Origin: Parcubacteria group bacterium Gr01-1014_2
Lineage (GTDB): Bacteria > Patescibacteriota > Minisyncoccia > 2-02-FULL-40-12
DNA: 46,066 bases
Direction: 5' to 3'
Assembly (NCBI GenBank): GCA_007376425.1
Contig: VMGG01000001.1
Span: 1 to 46,066 of the forward strand
The position numbers were made by a program, and so were the translations under genes. The notes below the pieces were generated by a model, which saw only the letters and a list, made by a program, of their open reading frames with translations, had not been told where the DNA came from and searched no databases. Shown here piece by piece: positions 24,770 through 32,670 of this stretch; position 1 is the stretch's first letter; each line of letters opens with the position of its first letter.

Positions 24770-25594
24770 TTAGCCGGGCGGATAGGCTCTGACAATCACC
24801 TCCTGCCCTTTTGGTCCGGAAAACCTCCGAATCCCTCCTTTGATTCCGTACCACTTGGTGATTGGACCGACTGTCCCGTCATCATAGTAGACTTTGGCTT
24901 CAGGAGAACCTTCAAAGTAGTAGTTCCAGCCCGCTGGAACCATGCCTGGTCTAAGAAACTCTTCAGAAACTGTTTCATCTCCGAGGAGCTTGGCTCTGAC
25001 GATTTCTCTTCCCGGCTGCGGCTGAACCTGAACTCCGGGAATCTGAACCTGACTCACTGCCTGCACTGCTCGCCCTGGCATCTGCCGCACCCTCTCTCTT
25101 CCGCCGAAGAAAAAGATGACGGTAATCATGACGATGCCAAGAGTCAGCACTGCCGCAAATCGCGCCGCCCACCGGTTCTGCCACCCAAACATCCACCTAA
25201 GGGTTAGAAAGACACCAAGGGTGGATCCGAGAAGAATCAATACCCCGATCAACTCGGGATCATTCCACGCCGGAACGAACGTCAGGTAAAGCCCGATGAG
25301 CATTTCTCCAAAAACTACAAGGAGAAGCCACTTGTAGATGACACGGGCCCGCGATATCGCCGCAAGCGTCCCTGCTATCAATGGAAATATTAACAGCAGG
25401 ATAAAGAACGCGACGAGCGGCACCATTGCGACTGTCGCGGTCACCCAAGCCATACCAGCGTATGCGACTGCAAGTACCACGAACGGCCAGATCAGAATGG
25501 CAAGAAGCACCAACCTGATCGTCCAGCGGAGTGCCGGCGCCGCGATATTCCAGAGAGCGCGAATGACGCGCAACAACGCTTGAAAAGTAGCCAT
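24770..25594 (-). CDS. GC-rich module gene C: polytopic membrane protein (~6 TM) with a ~90-aa C-terminal soluble domain
   Basis: The SD GGAAAGGAGG precedes GTGATG. The ATG overlaps the stop of B (TGATG). There are hydrophobic helices throughout the first ~175 aa. The C-terminus reads WNYYFEGSPEAKVYYDDGTVGPITKWYGIKGG. Confidence 0.7.
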   Translation of the reverse strand: MATFQALLRVIRALWNIAAPALRWTIRLVLLAILIWPFVVLAVAYAGMAWVTATVAMVPLVAFFILLLIFPLIAGTLAAISRARVIYKWLLLVVFGEMLIGLYLTFVPAWNDPELIGVLILLGSTLGVFLTLRWMFGWQNRWAARFAAVLTLGIVMITVIFFFGGRERVRQMPGRAVQAVSQVQIPGVQVQPQPGREIVRAKLLGDETVSEEFLRPGMVPAGWNYYFEGSPEAKVYYDDGTVGPITKWYGIKGGIRRFSGPKGQEVIVRAYPPG

Positions 25595-26187
25595 CACCGC
25601 GCCTCCTTTCCTTCCAGCTGATCGGCAAGCCGATTGAGTTGTCGAGCCAACTGCTGGTCGGTTTTTCTTGATCCTCGAACCACGGCTCCGCCAGCCTTGG
25701 CAAACCCGATGAAAAGATTGTCGAACCGATCTTGCATCTTCTGCCAGTCGATCGAAACCTTCTCCGGCTTTGCTGGCTCCGCCGCTTTCCTGGCTTCCTC
25801 GATGACCTTAAGAAGTTCTCGCCGAAGCTCGAAATCCAGCTTGACCTTCTCGAGTTCGACTTTCGGATCAGCCGCCTTCTCAATTCGTTTGGCAGCTTCC
25901 GAATAAAATCTATCCATCCAGTCCTGAGCGGCCTTGACTCCTTTCGGTCCCATAACCGCAAAATCACCAACATCGGTCAGTTTCTCTACAACGTCGCCAA
26001 GAGGACCCATCCCTCTGGCTTTAGTTTCAGCCCAGCCCTTGAAAACGCCAAACACTCTCTCGAAGAATTCGCTCTTCAAAGGGCTGTCGTCGGGTATAAT
26101 CGCCCACCATTTCTGAGCAACTTTGCGAAGTTCCGGATCCAACACGCTAAGTAGCGTGTTGATATTAAATAATGCGGTCTTTGCCAT
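25594..26187 (-). CDS. GC-rich module gene B: predicted all-helical cytoplasmic protein
   Basis: The SD AAGGAGG lies 6 nt before the ATG. It overlaps gene A by 23 nt. The second half is rich in charged heptads. No family is recognised. Confidence 0.7.
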   Translation of the reverse strand: MAKTALFNINTLLSVLDPELRKVAQKWWAIIPDDSPLKSEFFERVFGVFKGWAETKARGMGPLGDVVEKLTDVGDFAVMGPKGVKAAQDWMDRFYSEAAKRIEKAADPKVELEKVKLDFELRRELLKVIEEARKAAEPAKPEKVSIDWQKMQDRFDNLFIGFAKAGGAVVRGSRKTDQQLARQLNRLADQLEGKEAR

Positions 26188-27217
26188 CTTGTCCTCCTTG
26201 CGACGAATCGCGTAATGACAAATCAGTCCGGAAAATTAGGGGTGTTCTGCGTTGAATCTTGAGTTCAGGAGACACCCAGGTTTTACCCTTGTCCCTTTCG
26301 ACAACATACGCTTCCCTCATCCTCTCCCAAAGCGAAGGCCTAATAATCCTGACTGGCTTTTCTTCTTTTGTAGGCTTCGGTTGTTCTCTCGCTGGCACGT
26401 CGACAACTGTCTTTTCCGCGTCCAAGTCATCTGGCAGAAAGAAAGTCACCCGCCTTGGGTACTCGAAGTAGGCGAGGCAAACGACGACGATTCCCCAGTT
26501 CTTTATCTGTGAAGGAAAATCGCCGGTGGCGTCACCGAAAACAATCCCTCCCTGTTCAAAGTCCAAGACAGAGATTCCTCCGTCTTCGGGCTTGCCGTCC
26601 TTCCCGATCCTTTGCAGAACAACCTCCAACCTGGAAAAACGCTTGTAGGTATGGAGGACTTTGATCTGGCGCGGCTTAGTGGGCTCGACTTGCTTTAACG
26701 ACTGCTTTGCCTCCTTGAGCTGCTTCTCCGCCTTGACCCGCTCGGTCTTAGCCTTGACGCTAGCAGTCTCCTTCTCATCGCGGGTCGGCTCCTTCTCTTG
26801 AACTATCAACTTTCTCTTTTCAGAAGCAACCCTTGCCCGTTCGAGTCCAGTCCGTTCGCGTCCAAGCGCTTCTTCTTCTGGCTTGGCTGGCTTCGGCAAC
26901 TCCGGCACAGTAATCATCTTCTGCACCGGCAGCCGATCGCCGATGTATACAACCACGAGGTAGTGATGGCCGGGCAAAAGCCCAACCAAAGGGGAAGTGC
27001 CAAAACCATTCTGGATTCTCGCCGGATATCCAGCTGGCGGCTCTTGCCCTTTTTCATAAACCGAAACTCCAACTTCCTTTGGCCTCCCTCCTTCCCACCA
27101 TCCGGTCAACTTAATCCGAAGGGTGGTTGAGTAGGTTTTGTCGGCGGCCAGCTCAAGCGAATCCCAAAAGAATTCGAGAACCGGCTCGCCGCCTTTCTTC
27201 TTCCGGTCTTCAGCCAT
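26165..27217 (-). CDS. GC-rich module gene A: two beta-rich domains joined by a Lys/Glu-rich coiled-coil-like linker
   Basis: The SD GAGGAGG lies 5 nt before the ATG. There is no signal peptide. The linker reads EKRKLIVQEKEPTRDEKETASVKAKTERVKAEKQLKEAKQSLKQ. No family is recognised. Confidence 0.7.
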   Translation of the reverse strand: MAEDRKKKGGEPVLEFFWDSLELAADKTYSTTLRIKLTGWWEGGRPKEVGVSVYEKGQEPPAGYPARIQNGFGTSPLVGLLPGHHYLVVVYIGDRLPVQKMITVPELPKPAKPEEEALGRERTGLERARVASEKRKLIVQEKEPTRDEKETASVKAKTERVKAEKQLKEAKQSLKQVEPTKPRQIKVLHTYKRFSRLEVVLQRIGKDGKPEDGGISVLDFEQGGIVFGDATGDFPSQIKNWGIVVVCLAYFEYPRRVTFFLPDDLDAEKTVVDVPAREQPKPTKEEKPVRIIRPSLWERMREAYVVERDKGKTWVSPELKIQRRTPLIFRTDLSLRDSSQGGQDGKDRII

Positions 27218-27307
27218 ACATCCTCCTCGTGGTTTGAAATTGAATTGTTAAAACTCCGATTTAAGCCAGAATTGGCCTAAACCGAAGCACTTTTTCTGAT
27301 AGCTTTC

Positions 27308-27336
27308 ACTATACATCACTAAATAGTATTTGTCAA
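27308..27336 (-). promoter_or_regulatory. Near-consensus sigma70-type promoter for genes A-B-C
   Basis: The minus strand reads TTGACA (27336-27331), a 17-nt spacer, then TATAGT (27313-27308), about 90 nt upstream of the gene A ATG. Confidence 0.6.
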
Positions 27337-27408
27337 AAGTGCAGTTTTAATATGCCATAGCATCTTAAAACGTAAATTGTATTTTAAAAACAAAAGATTA
27401 ACAAAAAA

Positions 27409-28107
27409 TTAAGGAGTTGGTGGCCCACCTAAATTAAGAATGCTTTTTATAAGAGTGAAAAATCCCTGCCCTATCAAGATAATGGCTAAGCCTACTACCG
27501 CGTACCATAAAGCTTTGTGAGCCGTGGCGACTTTTTCTTTACTGCCGCCTGAAGTCAGATACAAAAGCCCGGCGTAGATTATTATTATCACCGCAATGGG
27601 TATGGCTATCTGAAAAAGAAACTTACCAATGGCTTTGGCTAAATCAATAAGAGACTTGGCGGCAATCGGATTTATAATTTCAAAATCAAAGCCTCCAGGT
27701 TCAGTTCCTCCACCAGGTTCTGTACCGCCGCCAGTCGTAGAGTTGAAAATCGTTCCTGAAGCAATATAGCCACTGGCTGTAGAAATAACGTTATAACAAA
27801 AAGTTGCGTTAGAACCGAGCCCTGAAATGTTAACACTGTGATTAGTTACGGCAGTATTATTAATCGGTGTATAGTTTATGGCCTGGCAGTTGCCTCCTAA
27901 AACAGGCCCCCAATGAACTTGAGAAGTAGCCGGAACATTCGTATTCCAAGTAATCATCACACTTGAATTTGTGGTATTTGCTTTTTCATTACTAATACAA
28001 ACAGGGGCATTGCATTGTTGAGCTTGAGTATCTTCTATTTTAAAAACTAAAAAACCGGCAAAAGAAACGATAATTACGAAAATTGATATTTTTATTTTTC
28101 TACTCAC
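27409..28107 (-). CDS. Signal peptide + FN3-like domain + GGGTEPGG linker + C-terminal pilin-like two-TM module
   Basis: The FN3-like part is SSVMITWNTNVPATSQVHW...NHSVNISGL...FCYNV. The pilin-like part is IAVIIIIYAGLLYLTSGGSKEKVATAHKALWYAVVGLAIILIG. Confidence 0.65.
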   Translation of the reverse strand: MSRKIKISIFVIIVSFAGFLVFKIEDTQAQQCNAPVCISNEKANTTNSSVMITWNTNVPATSQVHWGPVLGGNCQAINYTPINNTAVTNHSVNISGLGSNATFCYNVISTASGYIASGTIFNSTTGGGTEPGGGTEPGGFDFEIINPIAAKSLIDLAKAIGKFLFQIAIPIAVIIIIYAGLLYLTSGGSKEKVATAHKALWYAVVGLAIILIGQGFFTLIKSILNLGGPPTP

Positions 28108-28152
28108 GATATGAATCCTGGGTTAATTTTATCATTGTTTTGAATAAAAGAA

Positions 28153-28197
28153 ATCCCCACCAAAAACATTCAAATCTATCGTGTTTCTGGTGGGGAT
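28153..28197 (-). terminator. Hairpin with a T-rich tail overlapping the stop of the 28176 gene
   Basis: The 10-bp stem atccccacca/tggtggggat has a 25-nt loop. On the minus strand it is followed by ttcttttattc. Confidence 0.45.
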
Positions 28198-28835
28198 GGT
28201 TGAGCATGTCTTTTCCGCCACATCCTCCATAGGTAAAAACCGACAGCGCCTACAGATACAATAACTAACCCCGGTAGCCACCATTGATCGCCGTCCTTCT
28301 CAACACCTCCAGCCTCTGACTTTTTGCAATCCTGAGGACAAGTAGCAGCGTCTTCCCCATAAAAAGAATCGCAGACACTATCCAAATTGCAAGTGGCCAG
28401 ATAGGAGATGTCGTATTCGAGAATCAGGGTATTGGCCGGGTTATAGATTTTCAACTTTGCCCCGGTCGGAGAGTACGGCAGCCGAAGGCCAGTTTCGCCC
28501 TGGTCGAGAATCTTGGAACCGCCAAGAGACTTTCGCAGAGACGGAGAATCTGGATCTGAAAATATCTCAGGCCTCGGATCAAATTTAACCGAGTGCAGAA
28601 TATTATCGTTTTTATCCAGCACTTCGATCCTGAAATCGCCAAGCCTGAAATCACCACTCGGGTCACCTGTTTTCCCTGGCAGGATTATCACTTTTCTGTC
28701 GAGATTTCGGTCAAAAGACAACTGACCGTGATCGTAATACAAGTAAATCTGGTAGACATCGGCTTTAGCCGAATTTGCTCCGAGTAAGACCAATGTTAAA
28801 ACCAATAAAATCATCTTGATTCTGAAAATCGCCAT
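28176..28835 (-). CDS. Type I membrane protein: signal peptide, beta-rich ectodomain, Cys-rich stalk, C-terminal TM
   Basis: The SD AGGAGG lies 7 nt before the ATG at 28835 (Met16 of the track ORF). The Cys-rich stalk is CNLDSVCDSFYGEDAATCPQDC and the TM is LPGLVIVSVGAVGFYLW. Confidence 0.65.
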   Translation of the reverse strand: MAIFRIKMILLVLTLVLLGANSAKADVYQIYLYYDHGQLSFDRNLDRKVIILPGKTGDPSGDFRLGDFRIEVLDKNDNILHSVKFDPRPEIFSDPDSPSLRKSLGGSKILDQGETGLRLPYSPTGAKLKIYNPANTLILEYDISYLATCNLDSVCDSFYGEDAATCPQDCKKSEAGGVEKDGDQWWLPGLVIVSVGAVGFYLWRMWRKRHAQPSPPETR

Positions 28836-28924
28836 GTCAAACCTCCTTAAATTGTAATTGTTCCGTTTATAACTATACATTTTTTATAATAATCAGTCAA
28901 TATCATGATCTTTTTATTTTTCTT

Positions 28925-30745
28925 TCAGGGTATAAATCTCTGAATAATTTGTTTATCAACGGGACCGAATTGATTGTATGGAATATGGTTATCGCGCATT
29001 ATGTCATTCTCGGCATCCCGCTTCCAGCCCGTCTCCGGCCCTTGGTTATTACAGCCATTGAAACACGAAATTAAACCACCGGGACAAGAGCCAAGATTAC
29101 AATTATTCGGCTGTGGTTTTATTATAGGTTTCGGGTAAGGAAGATCATACCAGTATTCATCTGTAAGACCAGCAAAAGCATGGGCTAATTCATGCACTAA
29201 GGTTGTTACCAGCTTATCTCTGGTTATAGTAACTCTTTTTCTGGCAAAATTTGACCAACTCATAAAGGCATCATTTCCACCTAAGCATCTACCAATATAT
29301 ACTGAGACATTTGAAGAAGAACATGCATTAGAATTTATTGTGTCAGACCTCAATAATGAAAACTTAGAACTACTAAAAGGCGGAAACCGTGTGAGTGCTT
29401 CCTGATATTGATTTATAGTAGATACCCAGAAAGAATTCATATCGGAAGCAGTCCAATTTTCACTGCAGATATTGTCTTCTGCATCGTGTAAATTATTGCC
29501 GGCTATAAATACAACTCTAATCGGACCATTACCCGCCACGTTAATACATTGAGATGTTGTCGTTAACGGATACTGAGAACTTCTGGCAGTATAATTATTC
29601 GCTGTAGATACGGCTCGGACATTATAAGTATGCCCCTGCTGAAGATTATTTATAGTGAGCGAGTGATTGCTAACTAAACTATTATTTACGGGCGTTGTCG
29701 CTAGGCCGTAAGTTGCTGACACATATTCAGCCTGAGACGTTGATGGTATATTTGTCGTCCAAGTAATGGTGGCGCTGTTTGGAGTAATATTAGTTAAAGC
29801 AACATTTGAAATTACCATTGTAGCTCCACTGCCTCCGCCGCTACTTCCTCCGCCAGAAGACCCGTCGCCTGCATCTCCGGCGCAGGTCGTGGTGCTGATA
29901 TGGGTATGATCAGTTTCAAATTTAATAAAACCAAAATTGCATTCACTTCTGACGGCGCTTAGCCGATTGAATAATTCCTGTTCCGAGATGCCGACAGCAT
30001 TAAAATCAACTGCTTGAGCACCAGTTGTTCCGCCTGCTCCGCCGTAATGACAGGAATTAATTAAATGCGCGCAGGCCCCGCAAACTGGATTGCCTCGAGT
30101 GTAATTGCATAGAACATTTGAATTATCAGTTTCGTAAGTGTAAACCTGGCTTTGGTCTATAAAATTGTTTAGCTGGGAATTAACGCAGGAAATCAATTGA
30201 TTTAATTCTGGCGCATTGGTTGGACTCGACGGGACGCCGTATTGCGCCGCCAACGCTGACGGATTAGAACATAAAGCACTCGGCGGCGGACCGCCAGGAG
30301 TAATTACTTCGTCTTTGCAAGTAAATCTAAACCAGCTTCCTTTTGCTTTATCCGGACCGAATGACTGGATAAAAGTATTGACTATCATCCACGAAGCCAA
30401 AATTATCACCAAGCCCCAAAAAGTATTTTTAAAAATCGTAGTGCCCATCGCATAAAATTTTTGATTTGCTCCGGCAAGAACAATCATTAGCCCGGCAGCA
30501 ATGAATAAAACTGCAGCCACAGGCGGAACAATGCCCTCTAAAATAAAAAGGATAACATTATCGGCTAAACGAAAAAGGTCGCACCGGGTACACGGAGTAG
30601 GATTTGCAGAAGTTCCACAGGGCACTAACGGCCACCATGAAGGAGCGGCGAAAACGCTGTTAGAATGTAGTAAGTAGAAAGTAGTAAGTAGAAGTAAAAA
30701 GAGTAATAATTTTACGGCTGATTTTTTACGATTTTTTCGTTTCAT
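28925..30745 (-). CDS. Fusion protein: N-terminal pilin-like two-TM module + Cys-rich region + Gly/Ser linker + FN3-like domain + zincin (HExxH) metallopeptidase-like domain
   Basis: The pilin-like part is WPLVPCGTSANPTPCTRCDLFRL...VAAVLFIAAGLMIVLAGANQKFYAMG...GLVIILASWMIV. The linker is SSGGGSSGGGSG and the FN3-like part is ATITWTTNIPSTSQAEY. LVHELAHAFAGLTDEY resembles the M64-type HExxH..DEY motif as I recall it. Confidence 0.65.
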   Translation of the reverse strand: MKRKNRKKSAVKLLLFLLLLTTFYLLHSNSVFAAPSWWPLVPCGTSANPTPCTRCDLFRLADNVILFILEGIVPPVAAVLFIAAGLMIVLAGANQKFYAMGTTIFKNTFWGLVIILASWMIVNTFIQSFGPDKAKGSWFRFTCKDEVITPGGPPPSALCSNPSALAAQYGVPSSPTNAPELNQLISCVNSQLNNFIDQSQVYTYETDNSNVLCNYTRGNPVCGACAHLINSCHYGGAGGTTGAQAVDFNAVGISEQELFNRLSAVRSECNFGFIKFETDHTHISTTTCAGDAGDGSSGGGSSGGGSGATMVISNVALTNITPNSATITWTTNIPSTSQAEYVSATYGLATTPVNNSLVSNHSLTINNLQQGHTYNVRAVSTANNYTARSSQYPLTTTSQCINVAGNGPIRVVFIAGNNLHDAEDNICSENWTASDMNSFWVSTINQYQEALTRFPPFSSSKFSLLRSDTINSNACSSSNVSVYIGRCLGGNDAFMSWSNFARKRVTITRDKLVTTLVHELAHAFAGLTDEYWYDLPYPKPIIKPQPNNCNLGSCPGGLISCFNGCNNQGPETGWKRDAENDIMRDNHIPYNQFGPVDKQIIQRFIP

Positions 30746-30791
30746 AAAATTCTCTTATAAATTCTACTCACTACTTACTAAATTCTACTTT

Positions 30792-32093
30792 CTATCTGCG
30801 CTGCATCAGCACCGTGACTTTATCTTCGGCGGCTCTTAAAGCTTCTGGTACGGTTGCTCTTCTAAAAACCACATTCTCAATCATCTCGGCGAAAATTTGC
30901 TCAATGGCTAACGGATCAACTTGATACCAGCTCCGGGCTGATAAAGCTTGAGTTGCAAAAACTCCCAAATCCGGATCAGTTTTTTGGGAATCAATCAAAT
31001 CGCGTCTGGCCGTGGGCCGCAAAGATTTACGAAGATACGGCAAGGCACCATCCCGCGAAGCAAGGTGAACCAAAAACTGCCAAGCGGCTTTCTTATTTTC
31101 CGAAGCAATTGAAACCGCCGGCCCAAAATAATTGGCGTAGTCAACCCGAGTCGAAGCATCTTTGACTTGGGGCATCAAAGCCACATCAAAATTTAATCTG
31201 GGCGCTTTTGATTTAATCACTGGAATCTGATGAGAATAATTGAACATCATGGCCGCCCGTTCAGTCACGAATGCATCAATCGAATAAAACAAATTATTGT
31301 TCCAGGTGTAAATAATTTTAGCCGGGTTGGCGAAATCAGTATAGTATTCCAAAGCCGCCTCCCCGACTGGCTCAAAACCGATTGAGTTGGCAAAGGCCGC
31401 TTCATTTCTTGCCCGATCAACCATTTCCACCCCGCTTTGAATCATCAAAAGACTCAAAATATCGGTTGAACGATTAACGTTTCTGGCTAACCCAATGGCC
31501 GCGCCAGATTTTTCAATATTGCCCCGATTATCAATCTCGGTTAAAATTTTAACCGCTTCATTAAACTCATCCCAAGTTTTCGGAGGTTGACTGATTCCGG
31601 CTGAATTAAATAAATCCTTATTATAATACAAAGCCAAGGTATCGACATAGAGAGGCAGACCATAAATTTGGCCATTATCAATTAAATCATTCTGGACCAC
31701 ATCAACGAAATCTTGCTGAAAGTTAAAAAGTTTAAAGTTTAAGTCTTTGTCGTTTTGATCAAGGGAGGCAATTTTATCTTTATGCTTTGGCAGCCAGCTC
31801 GATTGAATCATAAAAATATCTGGTCCGCGGCCAGAAGCTAAAGCATTTATCAACGCTTTTTCATATTCTTCAAAAGGAAAGGGAACATACCGAATATTTA
31901 TATCGGGATAAATCCGGCGAAAACTCCTGATAGTTTCATCAAAGGCCGAGGGTTCGTCAAAAACACCCCAGAATTCAAGCTCAATTCTTTTAGAACGATT
32001 ATCCCCTATCCCTCCCAAAACAAGAAAAAACAGTAAAATAAAAACTCCGACTATTAAGACGCCGACAATAAGATAAAGTTTATTGGTAGTCAT
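30792..32093 (-). CDS. Extracellular solute-binding protein (ABC-type, family 1-like); no permease genes adjacent
   Basis: It has an N-terminal TM anchor. IELEFWGVFDE...GPDIFMIQSSWLPK...WDEFNEAVKIL is typical of sugar-type SBPs. Confidence 0.75.
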   Translation of the reverse strand: MTTNKLYLIVGVLIVGVFILLFFLVLGGIGDNRSKRIELEFWGVFDEPSAFDETIRSFRRIYPDINIRYVPFPFEEYEKALINALASGRGPDIFMIQSSWLPKHKDKIASLDQNDKDLNFKLFNFQQDFVDVVQNDLIDNGQIYGLPLYVDTLALYYNKDLFNSAGISQPPKTWDEFNEAVKILTEIDNRGNIEKSGAAIGLARNVNRSTDILSLLMIQSGVEMVDRARNEAAFANSIGFEPVGEAALEYYTDFANPAKIIYTWNNNLFYSIDAFVTERAAMMFNYSHQIPVIKSKAPRLNFDVALMPQVKDASTRVDYANYFGPAVSIASENKKAAWQFLVHLASRDGALPYLRKSLRPTARRDLIDSQKTDPDLGVFATQALSARSWYQVDPLAIEQIFAEMIENVVFRRATVPEALRAAEDKVTVLMQRR

Positions 32094-32662
32094 TTATGGA
32101 ACATCATCCCAAAATGATAAACATCAATCACTATATCTTTTTCATAAACTAGGTCTTCGCTTGAAGCCAAGCTAAGAATGATTTCCTTGGGAGTCCTGTA
32201 TTCGTCTGGCGGTCCCAAACCGCCAGTCCCTTTCTCCCAATCGATTATAACCATTTTCTTTGATGGCATTAATATTCTTTTTGCTTCTCTGATCACTCTT
32301 ATTTTTTGGTCATTTTGGAAAAGGACGTTTTTAATCAAAACAAATTCTTGGGAATTGTCAGACAAAAAAGTGCTGCCGAGAACCTCGAGATTAGCCCTGA
32401 CTATATGAATATTTTTGACATCAGCGCTTACTCCCCTCACCCTGACCGTTTCCAGAGCCGATTCCAAAACATCGACAGCGGTAACCACCCCTCCGTCGCC
32501 AATCATTTTAGCCATTTCAACCGTAAAATAACCAGAACCTGAACCTAAATCCGCTATTTTCATCCCGGGTTCAAGTCCAAACTGGCTAATAATATTTTTT
32601 AAATCAAAAGTTTGATTCGTTAATTTAGAACTTAAATCAAGCCCAACTAAAACATTTTCCAT
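32090..32662 (-). CDS. Class I SAM-dependent methyltransferase
   Basis: Motif I is IADLGSGSGYFTVEMA. It overlaps the downstream SBP gene by 4 nt. Confidence 0.8.
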   Translation of the reverse strand: MENVLVGLDLSSKLTNQTFDLKNIISQFGLEPGMKIADLGSGSGYFTVEMAKMIGDGGVVTAVDVLESALETVRVRGVSADVKNIHIVRANLEVLGSTFLSDNSQEFVLIKNVLFQNDQKIRVIREAKRILMPSKKMVIIDWEKGTGGLGPPDEYRTPKEIILSLASSEDLVYEKDIVIDVYHFGMMFHK

Positions 32663-32670
32663 TAACCTAA

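Noticed and set aside
23468-26154. Many alternative-frame and antisense ORFs inside the GC-rich module (for example 23468..23755, 23665..23904, 24975..25196, 25260..25973 and 25732..26154).
   Set aside because: High GC suppresses stop codons and so produces long spurious ORFs. Their products are Arg/Ser/Pro-rich and lack SD sites. The four chosen frames have SDs, coupling overlaps, and signal/TM features.
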